A DNA stretch of 64,000 nt from Amphiscolops sp. MND2022 (Eukaryota): NCBI GenBank assembly GCA_964187785.1, contig OZ076411.1, positions 34,100,001 to 34,164,000 on the forward strand. The letters run 5' to 3'. Positions 37,600 to 52,452 of this stretch are shown here, piece by piece. Positions within the stretch are counted from its first letter, which is position 1; each line of letters opens with the position of its first letter. The notes below the pieces were generated by a model. That model did no database searches. It saw nothing but the letters and a program-made list of their open reading frames with translations, and was not told the origin of the DNA. The translations under genes were made by a program, and so were the position numbers.

Positions 37600-40500
37600 G
37601 TGGCTGTTGAAGTTAAAGTGTTGCTAATTAAAAAGATTGTTGTGTTTACTTGTTTATTGACGTTAATACTTCGTTCATAAAAATGCTAACGATGTACTAT
37701 TTTATGTAGATAAGTAAAGTGATGGTGCGTATTAGTTCTAATCTGAATCATACAATTGAAATACTTGTTTATTTTGAGATAATAGGCATAATATCCCCGG
37801 TTGAAAATCAAAATCACGTTCAGCGTCATCTCCGCGTCAAAATTGTTAACGATTCAGAGCGGTAAACTGGGAAACTTTTCTGGTTCGAAGGACTGAAACA
37901 AAAGCTACTTCCTCACTGAGAAAAAAGACGACGGAGTGCAATGTGATCAAGTGCGAGGACTTATAACTCACTGATCTGTCCGTGTTTTGAGATGTCGACG
38001 CAATTCAAAAGTTTGAATGACGTTTTCTACGAAAATACAGGAAATGACCAATTGACCGAAAGGTCTAAAGGGTACGCCAATGTGATCAATTGATGTTAGG
38101 AAGTTAAATTATTCTAAACTTTGCGAATTGAATTCAATCAACACTCGTCTTTCGTCAAGTAAACTACGACTTTGTAATTTGATTCTTAATTCAAAACAAC
38201 AGAAACCAGATCTTTTATCAAGATGTCAACTCGAAGTCAAAAAAAGAAGAAGCAATCAACAGGAAAGCATCGAAATTGTAAGTTAAACTATAGTATCTCA
38301 CGTCTTGGAGAAAAACGTAGATTTAGATGAAATACACGTCATGGTTGCGGGACCTTCTCGCTGCAAATCACCTAGGATCGAGAGTAGCCCCTTAGAACAT
38401 TTGAGAGCTTCCTCAAGCGAGGAGATAGCGACGAAATTCAGAGGACTGATGATAGAGTCCCAGAAAGAATTGTTGATACTAATGAAACGCAGAAACTGAA
38501 GCAACTGCAGAGATTGAACCAAAGATTTTTTACATACAAACAAGATCCGTCAGAGTCATTAGTCTTCTAAACAACGATCCTGAGCTAAGGCAGTCGACAT
38601 CAAAGGGGAAAAAATTCAGTGCACGCGTGTTTGTTTCCGAGATTCGGTGTCCTGATTTCCTCAAAACGCTCAGAAAAAGCTTGCCAATGCACTGTAATGT
38701 AAATCTTAACATGGTGACAGGAGTTTCGAACGACTTCACTAACCAACCAAAAAAGTCAAAATTACGGCCGCAGAGTCCACTTTCGTCAAGAGAACGACCA
38801 CTAGCACTTTCTTCGCACCAATGAAAAGTGACAACCTCAATCCCGCTTTTCCCATGCCCGGAGCGTTATCCGCGTCGCTTCTAACCTTCGATGCGAAATC
38901 TGACAAAATCGATTTGGTTGAGGATCTTGTTCGTAACAACATTGAACTCTACCCGCACCCTACGGAAATCCGGAAATTCAACTCTTTCCACTCGATACTT
39001 CGGGTTTACGCTCTGCAAGCGACGGTCCTTCTGAATAATGACGGTCCTTAAACGTCATTTTGGAGACTCCCTGTCAATGGCTATAGCACGCTGAGAATGG
39101 CACGCACTCATGTTTGACCCTACTACACAGCAACCACATGACTTTCTAGACGTCCTACAGAAAACAGAAGCCCAAAAATTTATAGATAAAGTAATATATT
39201 CCAAATTGCAGGATCACGTCGAGAACATACTTAACAGGACGTACTCAGAAGACAAACCCTATAACGACATAGCACTTCACTTCGGGCGAGAAATGAGACT
39301 CAACGGACTATGGACATCAGATGAATCTTTGTCCCTTTGAACAAAGAAGTAACCACTCCTCCCTCAACTGAACCACAGGGTACAGAAAACGGAGGTCGTG
39401 AAACTAAAAAGAGTATTGCATCTACTGCAACAAAGCAGAATGTCGAAAAATGAAACGAGATAAATGGCAGCGAACACGGAAAATTGATGCCCCAAACAAT
39501 GACACCGCAGGCAACATGCTAAAATGAGCATCTTGCGGGAAACTACACAAAATGGAAGATTGTTGGGACGGAGCCAATGCAGCCAACTATCCTAGACCAA
39601 ACAAAACCATCAAGCAGAGCGCCAACCAGAAAATAACAAATTAACGTCAAACTGACGACATCAGTCCCAACTGAAATTTCAAAAAACTAGATACGTGGCG
39701 CTTGCGTTTTGGGGAAAACGTGGATGCGAGGGCAAGGCATACACACAGAAAAAACTTCCAGTGTGTATAGCATACCACCATCGCCGGGGAAAAATAACAC
39801 CGGCTCCACAAATGATACACAAATAACCCTCCTGGACATGTTCCCAACTTCGCTCGTGTCCCTCAAAGAAAACAGAAGAAAAAGATGGTGATATCTATCT
39901 ACAACTTCATTGCACGAGTCCACTGAAGGAACGAAGAAGAAGGCTGTACCTACCTCTCAACGTTGGGGAAATGCCAAAAAACGGGGTTGTAGTTTCAAGC
40001 GCTTTCATCAACGCTATGTCATGGGGAGGTACACCATGATAAAATTCAACAGTGATAGCTGCGTTACCAAGACATATCCACAACCTTTCTTCAAAATCGA
40101 TTGCGCTAACCCGCAATTGCAACATCCAATAGTCACAACGGACACACAGTTGAACATGGGGTCGTACACAATCACAGACACGTTCGTAAGGCTATCCAAA
40201 ATATCCTTCCCAATAATAGGTCTGAACTTCTTGAAAAACCATGGGACTGTGTTAGACACGGCCAATAGAACAATCAATTTCCTGCACGTCGAAAAACCGA
40301 TGCCAATGACCGACGAAATGAAAAAAGGCAACTCAAAGTAGCTCCAGATAATAGCGTAAGGGAACCAAACAGTACCACCACCACAAAAACAACGGCCTCA
40401 GCAATAGTCATCACAACCAGCCCCAAATGACATCACAGGCGCAATAAGCCACTGCCGCAATTCGACCGAACGGCGAATATAATCTTCGCACCAACGTCAG

Positions 40501-42190
40501 CAAACGCATACAGAAAAAAATGAACATCAGAATGGCCAACAAAAAGAGGTCACATACACCATAAAGAACCAAACCCAAGTAGCAGAACTCCAAATTCTCA
40601 CACCGGAGAAAACGAAGCAAAACCAAGATACGGCCTATGAACGCTGAAGCACTAAAAATAATAAAAGCCCGGAAAACACGCACATGTACGTCAATGAACT
40701 CATGGGAGCAAAGGAAGGCGACCAAAATGACGAAACTTTCAGGTTCCCCACCCATGAAATCCCTAGGAACGAAGAGTTACACACCCATACAAAGTCGCCT
40801 ACTTAAAAAAATACGCGAGCTTAAAAAACTAAGAACTTGATCTGAAGAAAGACGAAGAATCGAGAAAAAAATTTCTTGACATGTTGAAATGGGAAGGATC
40901 AAAAATAGAATTCAAGATAAATAACAACTAGAGCAAATCGTAGAAGGGAACAGGGACATTTTCGCCCGAAACTGAATAGAGATTTGTTTCCACAACAGTC
41001 TAAAAGTGAAACAAACGCCCAAAGACGAAAGCCTAGTCTATACGCAAAGCTTGTCGTACCAGTCAATCTCGAAGAAGACCAAACAGTTGAATTAGAGCTG
41101 ATGCACCGTTATGGCATAACAACAACGTTGCCATTATCTGAATATGGCAGCCCAAGTTCCGCACGACGCAAACCAAATGGCACATTGCGTCTACATGTCG
41201 ACCTGCGAACAATCTCCGCGGGTGACTCAGATAAATTTATTAACAACACTCATTCAGTTAGCAGCCTATAAGATGCAGCGCAGCATTTAGCAGGTAAAAA
41301 ACTCTTTCGCAAAATAGGCTGCTCGCGAGCGTATGACTGCCTACCATAGGCTGATTGAGGATCAACTCAAATCCTAACTTTCGCAAGCAGAACATTAGCA
41401 TACAAAAGATTAGCACAAGGTTTGAGCAGAGTCTTAGTCGCACTTTCTAGCATCATGCTAGAGTGTTTGGACCACAAAATTAAAGCAGATCAATGTGCTC
41501 AATATGTTGACGATATCGGAATAGCTGCAAATACCGTCACACACTTGATATCCAAAATCTGCACAGAATTGAATGTATCAGGAAATCTGGCCTGAAACTT
41601 GAAACTGACCATAGAAAAACGCCATTTGAGAACAGAAACTGCATTGCCAGGCAAAACATCCCAATATCAAAGAGTAGCTCCCCAAGATCACGAAATTCAG
41701 AATTTTCAGACCAACTTGCAATTCCCCAAATCAAGGTTCGAAGATACATTGTCTTTGTACACTATTATCGCAACTACATCCCGCGTCTTTTTGAAAAATT
41801 ACTCGGACTTTACGAATTTTTAAGAACAAACAAACAGATAAAAATACCCGAAGAATTGTTGGACAATTACAAGGCGATCAACACAGTGCTAGACAGCGCT
41901 AGTGGAATCGTGCGGATTGGCTCTGAAACAACCAATCACGGGACACCAAAAATTAAGTCTCGAACATCTAATGAAAGACCTGCTACAAGCAATACACGGA
42001 TAAATGGGGAAACACCCCGGCATAAAACAAATGATCCAAGAATGCAGCTCAAAATCTTATTGTCCAATTTTGGCTAAACAAATAAACGATGGGTCAAGGG
42101 CTGCGAAAAAACCAAATGCAGACGGATAGACACCCTGCAGATCCGACCGAAACTGCTCGGCAAGGTGCGTTTTATGCACCAGAAATTGAA
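37600..42190 (+). mobile_element. Degraded, 3'-truncated Gypsy element (5' LTR, gag, PR, RT, partial RH/IN)
   Basis: The LTR ends ...AACA at 38711 (start uncertain, ~37600). gag LTFDAKSDKIDLVEDLVRNNIELYP and EDKPYNDIALHFGREMRLNGL; PR-like FPIIGLNFLK; RT RKPNGTLRLHVDLR and QYVDDIGIAAN; IN zinc-binding GKHPGIKQM. Many frameshifts. Confidence 0.82.
38712..38724 (+). promoter_or_regulatory. Primer-binding site, tRNA-Leu-like
   Basis: TGGTGACAGGAGT directly after the LTR end CA, one mismatch from TGGTGTCAGGAGT (complement of the 3' end of metazoan tRNA-Leu CAG). Confidence 0.6.
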
Positions 42191-42289
42191 ATTTCAGTCC
42201 CATATAGCAGAATTCAAATTACTCTCTTTCAGTGTTGCTACAGCCAAAATGTGTGGAACTTGATTGATTTGAAGATGTTAGCAACTTTA

Positions 42290-43645
42290 TTGGCTCGCTT
42301 CGCTCCCTTCGCCAAGTAGAAACATTGAGACTTGGCCATATGGCACGTCGCTCCCATTCGCTTCGCTCCTGCATTTAGGGCACTAGAGGTATGTGACCAT
42401 AGCTGACTACAATATCGTAATGTTCGATTGACGCCATTGTGTGTACAAGTACTACTCTCAGCATATATTTTTGTTTAATTAAATTTGAAAATGATTATAA
42501 AGGCATGAAATCTTTATAAATTGGAAACTTTGAGATTTTTGTCATTTTCGGTGTCAGTTTGAGACGTTTTCATCTAGAAAAACGCGCTAAACTATTCGGA
42601 AAAGACTACTGGACAACCAACCCTTTCCTTGATGACCTTTTAAAACATTCCAATCCACGAAGTCTGTCAAAACGTTGACAAAAAATGCGTAAATGCTTTG
42701 AAAAATAGTAAATTGATGTGATTTTTGTCATTTTCGCCGTCAATTTTTTTGAAAACAGCAATTATCTCTTCGGACAAGCCTATCAAACAACAAAATAGTA
42801 CCATGTTGAACGTTTTCAACATTCTAATCCGCGAAGACTATGGAAATTGTGACAAAAACTGCAAAAAATATAAAAAAATGGGAAATTTTTGCAATTTAGT
42901 CTTTTCTGGGTCCTTCTCTTTCCAGAATAACCGCATTTATCTCTTCATAAACGATGAATGGAGAACAAATTTTTGCCTTGTTGAACCTATTCAACATTCT
43001 AATTCTCAACATCTATCGGAAAATTGACAAAAATTGCATTAAAACATTTTAAAAAATTGAAATGTTCGAAAATGTTCTTATTTTTGGGTTTCACTTGTGA
43101 GTCGTTCTGGGCTCCTTGGGGTCAGCTAAAAAAGTCCAGAAATCTCCACATATACGTATCGCACGAAGCTAAATTTATGTGAGTTGAATTCTTTTGGTTA
43201 CAGCATTAGAGTTGAAAATAAACTTGGTTCTCGGCAAATTTTGTAAAAAAAACCTTTTGATTTAAATATTTTGCTTTCCATATGAAAAATGGGCAGAAAA
43301 TGAAAATAAGAAAAATAAGTGCTGTTACAGTCTATATATATGGAACTTGATTTTTTTGAAGAGGTTAGCATATTTGTTGTAGGGCTCGTGGCTTCGTTCC
43401 CTTCGCCAAGTAGCAACATTGAGACATTGCCATATGGCACGTCGCTTCGCTTCGCTCCTGCATTTAGGGCACTAGATGTATGCGACCATAGTTGACTACA
43501 ATATCGTAATTTTCGATTGACGCTATTGTGTTTACAAATGCTATTCCTAGCATAAATTTTTGTCTAACTAAATTCGAAATTAATAAAAATGCATAAAATC
43601 TTTATAAATGAGACAATTTTGAGACTTTTGTCATTTTCGGTGTAT
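42290..43645 (-). repeat. Helitron/Helentron-like repeat: inverted copy of the 3150-4450 family, with its end module present twice
   Basis: The module CTTCG(C/T)TCCCTTCGCCAAGTAG...GTCGCT..CTTCGCTCCTGCATTTAGGGCACTAG occurs at ~42300 and ~43390. The internal TTTTGTCATTTTCGGTGTCA units are the reverse complement of the 184-bp array. Confidence 0.6.
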
Positions 43646-45456
43646 GAAAGCGTATGTATTTTGTCAGTTCGACACTAGGGGTATGTGGATGTGGTGACTA
43701 TGTGTATTATTAACTAATTTAACTAACATTAAAAGTGATGGTTGTTAATTGTGTCTTTTCAGATTGAGGTGATAATGATTTATACGTGGAAATAAAGTTC
43801 CATAAATAAAGCTACTGCGATGTTACCACAGTTTATCAGCTCAACTTGTTTTCCTATCCATGTTCCATGGTTTGCTTTATCGGAGCTTCGTCACTCAACA
43901 ATTTGGTGGAAACCCGCAAGCGTCAACCTTGTTACCAACGATAAGTTGCATCTTACGTCACAAGTATTAGAGGATTATCATTTAACACGAATTCGCGAAC
44001 GAAATTGAAAAACTCGAACTTTCTCCTGAATTCAGGAAAACTCAAGCAGCTGTCGAACATTGTAAAATGGCACAGCATCCTCAATAACATCATGACTTTC
44101 TAACGGGAAGAGCCCATTGAGCACGTTTCAATTCATTGAAATTCTGAGACAACACCGAGAACGTAGTGCTGCAATGATGCCAAATAATTGATACGACCTG
44201 TATCGAGTTCGAGCTCCACCAAACTGGCATTTTAGTAATCAACGTCAAAGAAATTGCTTTCCAAGACATCGAGTGGCATTCTGTGACGAAATACGACAAC
44301 TACACCCTATCTTAGCGTTGGAGTGGGCTTTATTTTTTACCAAAAGTGCCAACTGAGCTTACTTGTGTAAACTAGTCAGCAGGACAGTCAAACGGGCCCA
44401 TCCAAGTCGAAGAAACCTCACAGAAAAAAACCAACAGTCACGTTGAGCATCTCACTGCTGCTAGATTTAACTTGTGATTCCAGAGAGATTAATTTCCTCA
44501 GAGTTGCTTAATTAAACATAAGTGTACTGACAGGTTGGAATTGCCACCAAGATTTCTTTGCTTTGTTTTTTTTGTTGGAGAAGATATCGACTTCTACAAC
44601 CTTTGGCTAAGTCAATTCGAACAATAACGAGATACCTTCGAGTGACCAAGCCTAACGCTGCCGACCATTTGAATCTGTTCCTCCTCTGCGCTGGGTCCGA
44701 ATCTGCGAGTTTTTATAACGAAGTTACTTGGTCACTTCTGACGAAAGAAGAGAAAGACGCAGGGCAATTGGAAAACAGAAGAGCCGTCGATTTCGTAACG
44801 AGAAAAATTGCTGCTGTTAAAAACGTTTTGTCGGAGCGAGTAAAACTGTATTCATTCAAGCAGAAACCGAACATATTGTAGAGTGAGTTTCTTAGCAAAT
44901 TACGTCAGGTAAGTAAGTTTTGCATTTTCCCGGCTACATTAGCGGACGAAGCCCTCAGGGACAAATTTTGATAGGGCCTCCTATCAGATACGACTGAGGA
45001 AGCTGCTTGCCGGGTGTTCGCTTCAACAAGACAGAAATCGAAGCAATTTTTTTAAACGATGAGATAACAGCAGCGAGAGTAGAACCCGCCTAACAAACAA
45101 GTTCGTCAACTCACGAAGTTACTGTGGTTGCTGCCACGATCAAACTGTGTACAAAGGTCCCGACCAAACCACCTCAGGTCCAGAGTTCCGGATCCACTTG
45201 TCAATTCCACTGGTGTGGGTCCCACATGCTCCACGGTAAAGCCAGATGTCCGGCCGGAGATAAAATCTGTCGTAAATGTAATCGCAAGGGTCATTTTCAA
45301 GGAGTGTGTCTGACGCAGAAACGAGTCGGGGTGATGAAAGGACATAACGAAGCTGACGATTCCGATGTCGTTGCAAGTTTATCTTACAAACGTTGCCAAC
45401 GACGCTTCATTCTTGGCAAAGTCAATGGCGTGTCACGACTTTTACTAGTTGACTCC

Positions 45457-46339
45457 TGTAACGGCGGATTGATCTCTTCACTTGACCAAATTTTACGCCG
45501 CCCTGAATTCGGTGCTCGGCACTGCGGATCGTTACCGAACACTGCGTGCTTCGTAGATTAAAAGGACTGTATCTTGACTTAGTAGGATCCAATGATCCCG
45601 AATTGCACTTCTTCCTTGTCTCTTAAAACGTCCAACTCTCCACAAGTTGAGTGTAACTAACTTAGCTTAGTCGCCCTTAGTCTTTGGCGAAAAGTCGAAA
45701 AGAGGTGTAGAAATGATTTGAAAATGTGTGTGGTCCTGAGACCCGACGTTAAAACAGCTTTCCAATCAAATTGTGCATACCTAATTATGGTATACATCTC
45801 GTTTACAATTATTCGAATAAATGAGTTGAAGTATGAAGTATAAATAAATGACATTTAAGGCATAATATGAAGTTATTGGCTAAGTAAACAAACTATGTGG
45901 TAGTTTTGGCATAGTTGTTAGGTGGGTTAGAAAGTTTGTTTACCCAATGTAAATATCACCTATATCAACAGAGTTAAACTTCCTTCAAGGTCATAAGGTA
46001 AAATCACATAATAATTTGTATATCAAAACTGGGTTTTCATGGGGTCAAACCTAGGTCACTTTGGGTGTTATTTGCTCCGAGCCCAGGAGAGATACGGGGT
46101 CGGGTAGTTCGAGTGAAAAATTAGGGTAGGTCCTCCAGTATATGTGTGCCGAATTTCAATATGATTGGAGAAATGGTTCATCGGGACGGGGGTGGAATTT
46201 TTCTACATAGGGTCATTTTTGCTGAAACATGTGTTTTCCAACCAAAATCTTGATATATTTTCTGAGTATTTTAAATTTTGAATTTCATCAGTCACGTTCA
46301 AATTTAAGTTTTTGATCTCGCAGTTGACTGGCGCCAACA
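45457..46339 (-). repeat. BEL 3' LTR (883 bp)
   Basis: Direct repeat of 52968-53853. The pol ORF (stop at 46288) runs into it. Confidence 0.88.
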
Positions 46340-49300
46340 TTGCCGGCCCTGTTTTTCTCGCGAAAAACACTTTCATAGAACAGGGGTGCCAGTTTCACTA
46401 CTGGTCTTTTGAGTTTGCCATTTTTTGTCACAACTGTCTCAGATCTGACTCTGCCATTGCTTCCTTTTTGTATTTCTAATACTCTCGCCATCTTGTAGTT
46501 GGACCGTTTCACATTTTCATCCACGACCCAAACCAAATCATTCACTTTCAGTTGTCTCACATCATCTTTGTTCCATTTGTTACGCATATTGCATTCCGGC
46601 GAATATTCTTTAGTCCATCTGGTCCAGATCATACAGATCATATCTGAATAAGCTTGCGACACTCGGAATACTCGTCTCAAATCTGTGTAACGTTGAGCAT
46701 CTCGTAGGAAAAGTGTCACTAAATTTGCTCTTCCCAATAAGAAATGATTTGGTGTCAAAGCTTCCAAGTCATCTGGATCATTACTAACACTTGTCAGTGG
46801 TCTAGCATTCAACGTATGCTCTACTAAGCACATAGTTGTTATGAGGACGTCGTTTGTCAAGGATCGTCCATCCAATACAGCTATCATCGCTTTTTTACAA
46901 CCTCGAACCAATTTTTCCCAGATTCCTCCAAAATGAGGGGCTCCAGGAGGGTTGAATTTCCACCTGACGTCTTTTTGAGCTAAAGACATCTCAATATCTG
47001 ACTGATTTCACGCAATTATACAATCTCTCATTTCTTTGACTGCACCCACCAAGTTTGTCCCATTATTGCTCAAAATTGTTGCAGGTTTGCCTCTCCGGGC
47101 TCTAAACTGTGTGATAGCAGTCAATCAGGTTTCTGCTTCCAATGATGGAACAACTTCGATGTGTACTGCTCTAGTCGTCAAACAGGTGAAGAGACAGCAC
47201 CATCTCTTCCTTGTCTTGCGGATGCATTTAACTTCAAACGGACCAAATTAATCAACTCCAGTGTTGGTGAAGGAAAACACTCGTTCCTGCAATCTTTCTC
47301 GTGGTAAATCAGTCATAAATGGTTGAGGCACTCCCGCTCGTTTCTTTCTACCTTTAACACATTTCGCTTTGACGCTGTCAAAGCGTTTCGCAATCCAATA
47401 ATCCAGTATTCTTGTCTTAGAACACATCTGACGTATTCTGTGCCTTCATGAAAATTCGCTTGATGTGCATCTTCAATCAACTTGATGACAACATAATGCT
47501 TCGTTGACAACAATTTTGGGTGGTTGATTTCATAACTTGACTCTGAATGTTGCAGTCGACCTTGTAGTCGTAGCAACCCATTTTTGTCCAGAAACGGCGA
47601 TACTTTATTTAATTGAACTGAATCCGACAGCGGCTGCCCTTTGGAGATCTCCTCGTAGGCATCATGGAAACATTCCTTCTGACAACGCTTCAAAAGTTCC
47701 AGTTTTGCCGCATTGAGTTCTTCAACTGTCAGAATTCTTTCAGATTTCGTTTTCTTTGATCTAAGGCAGTATGACAGTACTCGAATCATTTTCTCGAAAG
47801 CTCCAGATCTTTCCCATTTGAACGCGGGTTCCATTACAGCAACTTCCATGACTGGTTCAGGCTCCTCTTGAAAACTAAATTGCAATTTTTCAGGCACCTT
47901 AGGCCAAGCGTTTTCTGTCTCGGTGATCCACGTCGGCCCTGTGAGCCACTGATTTTTCTTTAGGGCTTCAATTGTCATTCCTCGAGTTGCAATGTCAGCA
48001 GGATTCAGTTTTCCTTCAACATGTCGCCATTGACCGATAGTTTAATTTTTGAGATTTCCAGCCACAAAGACCAGTTGTTTGTTGTTGCTTGCGTGAAGCC
48101 ATTGTAGGACCGTTGTTGAATCTGTCCAATGTACAATTCGGTCCACTTCAATATCATGTTCCTCCAAGAAGAGTTCTCGGCGCCTTACTCCAATAACTGC
48201 AGCCTGCATCTCCAACTTAGTCACTGTCATGTTTCGTATTGGAGCTACACTACAATTTCTAATCACGAAGGCCTCTTCGCAATTTTATAGCTTTCTCAAA
48301 TAAGCAACCATACACATTGCTTCCAAGGAAGCATCTGAGAAGGTATGCAGATCAACTTTCTTCACTCCAGACTCAAAATATGTTCTTTTGGGGGCCATTT
48401 GTTTCACAGGTATCATCTCTGATGCACATTACTCGAAATCATGTCGATCTTTTTCATTCAATTCTCTATCCCACGACTGTCCGAGATCCTTCCATATTGA
48501 TTCCAGAAGCAGTCGCAATTCTTATGGTGAAAGGAGACACTATTCCCAGACGGTCGAATACAGCTGAAACATGGGATAACACCGCTCTCTGCGCTATCTT
48601 CACCGGTATCTCCATCTGCATGACTCTGCAGACTTCCAGCTTGTCTCTGTAATTCCATTGCAGTCCCAAGATGGATGGAGAAGTCGGCTCAGCTTCAAAT
48701 GTTTTGCTAGAGGACGGTGACTTGTCTGCTTCGTCGATAGACGTCATAGTCTGTTCGCAGTTGCTAATACATTTTGTCAAGTGAAAGCCTCCCCTTGCCA
48801 GCATCGCTCTCAACAGTTTGTAGATTTCAATGGCCTGCGTCGTGCTGGGAACAGACTTGACAAAGTCATCCATATAAAGATTCGCCTTATCAGTTTGGTA
48901 ATTAGTGGGGACTCCTGTGCGTTATCTCTTGCAACTTGTTGCAGAGCATAATTGGCGCAAGTTGGCAAAATTTTTGCTCCAAAGATATGTCTTCCATTCT
49001 CATACACCTTAACGGGTTCATTCGGATGGTCTCTCCATTGAAATCTCAACATTTTACAATCTTCCGGCGTTACTTTCACTTGTAGGAACATCGCTTCTCT
49101 GTCAGCAGTGATATCGATCTTTTGTTCTCTAAACCTGAAGATTATTCCAATCAGATTCCGCAGTAGGTCCAGCCCTGTCAAGAGGTTATCGCTCAAGGAA
49201 ATTCCACAGAATTTGGATGCTGTGTTGCACACTCGCCTCACCTTTCCTGGTTTGTTTGGATTTTCGACTGTGTGATGTAGAACATACCTCTGTGTTTCCA

Positions 49301-52300
49301 ATTTCTTCAACTCCAGTTTCTTTTCAAATCTATACTCCAACGACTTCATTTGGCTTAAAGCAAAAGAGTAATTGTTCGGCAAGAAGGGGTCTTTCCTTTC
49401 CCAAAGAAGGCCAATTTCGTATCGTTCGCCATCAAACTTCGTTGTTTGTTCTAGCATCTGCAACGCCTCCTTGGATCTTCCAGATACATCACAGCGAGAC
49501 GCAAAGAATTCAATGTCCCACCAGGTTCTTATCTGTTCTGCCAGGGTATCATCTTCAGAAGCTGTTACGCAAGATGCAGTCATCTGCACAGCTTCCTGTT
49601 GTGGAAGTGGTCCACAGAGGGTCCATCCAAGCTTCGTTTTCACTGCCCCCGACTCACTATTCATGCTGCTTTTATATTCTTCAAGCCGATGTATATGCTA
49701 GCAGTTTTGTCCCAATATCATTTTTGCATCTTTCAATGTTTCTTCGCTTAGAACCGACAAATGATGATAGGCATTTTTGAGCTCTCGACAGTTGTAGATC
49801 TTTGATCCGGCGTCTTTGTTTGGGTGCGTGTAGACTGTCATGTGGTGTGTGTCGCTCCTTGCCTTGCCACGAATTCCCACGGTGAGTCGTTCGCATTTCA
49901 CGTCATTTGTCGCATGTATTCCAGCCACACTCAGATCAACTTCTTCACTGTGAGCATTTAACTTGTCAGCAAATTCATTGTCCATGAACGATAGGCTCGA
50001 TCCAGAGTCACACAGCGCCAAGGTTGATTCTTGTCTTTTGCCAACTTGAATGATGACAGGTAAAACTGGCAGAATTCCACTGCTCTTCATTGAACAAAGA
50101 GCTGAATTTGTCTTGTCTCCTCTTTCCGTTGTGGGTCTTCCCCTCCGCTTTCTTTCGGCCGTTTGTTTGCCTCGCGATGTAGCAATCGATGATGCCGCCT
50201 GCTACAGCCTTTGACTCCACACACTTTGTAAGTGCAATCTTTCGCTACATGTTTTCCAGCCAAGCAACAAAAGCAGAGTTTCAATTCTTTGGCTTTTTCA
50301 TATCGTGCTTGACAGGTCATTTTCAGAAACTTCTCGCATTTCCACAAAGGATGTTTACCATCTTTCGATGGACAATCATGACCAGTCTTCTTGTCGGCAC
50401 TGTCCCAGCAAAAGTTGAGAACGTAGAGTTCTTTGGCTTGTCTATACCTGTCCATTTTGATCTGTCTGCGTTGTGATTGCCTGTCATGGGAACATTTTCC
50501 TGCACCGCTGCTATCTCTTGCAACCATGCGCTGAACGCTTCCAGCCACATGTAGTAGTTGGCATTTTGTCTCGTGTAAGTCAACCATTTTGTCTTCATGT
50601 TCAATGGCAGTTTCCTGGTCGCACTACTCAGGACGCCTTCTGACTGCAAGACTCCAACATAGTTCATCTGCGTCAGAACTTGTACTCAACTTGAAACTGT
50701 TCTTGAGTATTTGACCAATGCTACAGAGATGAACGCTTTCGCTGGTGGAAACGTGTAGATTCGTCTCAGTTGTGCGTTAACTATAACCTGTGGTCTCCCA
50801 AAGTGCGCAACCAAGGTATTCAATGCAACATCATACAAGTCTCCAGTGTAGCCTAGTCCAGCTATTACTTCCTTTGTCTTTCCAGTGACCAGCGTTTTGA
50901 GGTGGTTCAACTTCAGACTAGTGTCAATGTTCGCAGCATGTACAGGTCGAGAGCAACAACCCTGACCACTCGGGCCATTCCAACGGGTCACCTGTGAATT
51001 CTGCTAACTTCAGTTTCGGGAGACTGGCTGGTAGACTTATGTTTTCCATTCTTGTGGGTCCGAAATGACTATGTGGGGGTGCACTAAGGATACCGGGGGA
51101 TGCAACGTGCAACCTGTGGCGGTACCGTATCATTTCTCATCGTGTTACTCAATGTTGGCTGATTCGGCGGTAAACTGTTTCCAAACTGAACATATTGTGG
51201 TGCAGCCTCCTTCTGCGTTACAGGAGCCACCTTCGGGGCAAAGAGATTACTCGTTGCCCACGTTTGCTACTGTTGGCTATGCCATCTTGGCAACTGGTTG
51301 AAACAACTTCGTTGTATGCGGCAATGCATGTTGTTGCATGGGTTCGCTGGCTAGGGCGATTCTGCATACATCATTCCCATTCTTCGTTAACTTGTCATCA
51401 ATTTCGACTTGATCAAGCCAAGAAAGTACCTTTTCAAACGGATCGCTTTAGATGGGTACTGGGGGGACGCTGCGCAAACTTGTATTTGCTCGGCTACTTC
51501 CCGCTCGAGCTATTTCTATTTCCTTTTCTGAGATTCGTAAGGCTCTTGCCTTCTCCACTTGGAGTTTAGCAATCTCTAGTTCTTCGGTGAGTTTATTCAT
51601 TTCTTCGTGTTCCTGTCGGATCTTGGCTTGACGTTTCTTTGCAGCCAGTTGTTCATCGACTTCTTCTTGTTTCTTCATTGCTTCCAGTTCTAGAAGCATC
51701 TCTTGCTTTGTAGTAGTTGACTTTGAGCTAACCGATGTTCTGATGCCTTTTGAATGTGCTTTGCTTGCACACTGATCTCTTTATTCAGGTAGCGAATTCC
51801 CTTAATTAACACAACGATTCACAAACGAATCGGGTCCATCGGTACCTTGTGCTACTTCTTCTTTCGCAGTCTTCCGAGGAGAAGTGTCGCGGGACTTTAG
51901 TTGTTGCTCCTGCCAATTCAGCCTGGCACGGGCCATGATTCCCTCCATACGATGCAGTTCACTGTAGATTGAAGTATCTTCACTGTGTTTCAACAACTCA
52001 TCCATCTCCGCCACAATTTCATCTCTCCTTTTGAGGGTTTCTTCGTTTGTTTCTACCAATGCTTTGTAATCCTCTGCATTGCGGAGAGTATCCCGATTTT
52101 TTATGATTTCATCTTCATTTTTTCGAAGCATTTCATCACATTTCTCTTTGTTGTTTTGAAGTTGTAGGAACTCCTTCAACTGTCCTTCCTTCTTTAAGTT
52201 CCGCATCATTGTGAGCATCTGACTAATGTTCTTATGTCGTGTTTCCAAGGAATCGAATTCATCCCGATATCTGCAGAATCGGTCGCCTTCACTATCCGAC

Positions 52301-52452
52301 CATTCTGGTTGGTACTTGGCTTTAAAGAGTGCTGTGTTCGGGGCGACGAGTCTCTTCCATCTGGGCAGTAGCTCTTGTCGGTTCGGTAGAAGGTCTGCGA
52401 TTTCTCCTGCGTAACGTCTGCTCTTGCGCAGCTGAGCATGTATTTCATCCAT
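46288..52452 (-). pseudogene. pol: BEL/Pao gag-pol polyprotein, fragmented
   Basis: Collinear minus-strand ORF fragments from 51802-52452 through 46288-46989 carry gag, PR, RT, RH and IN motifs. Confidence 0.88.
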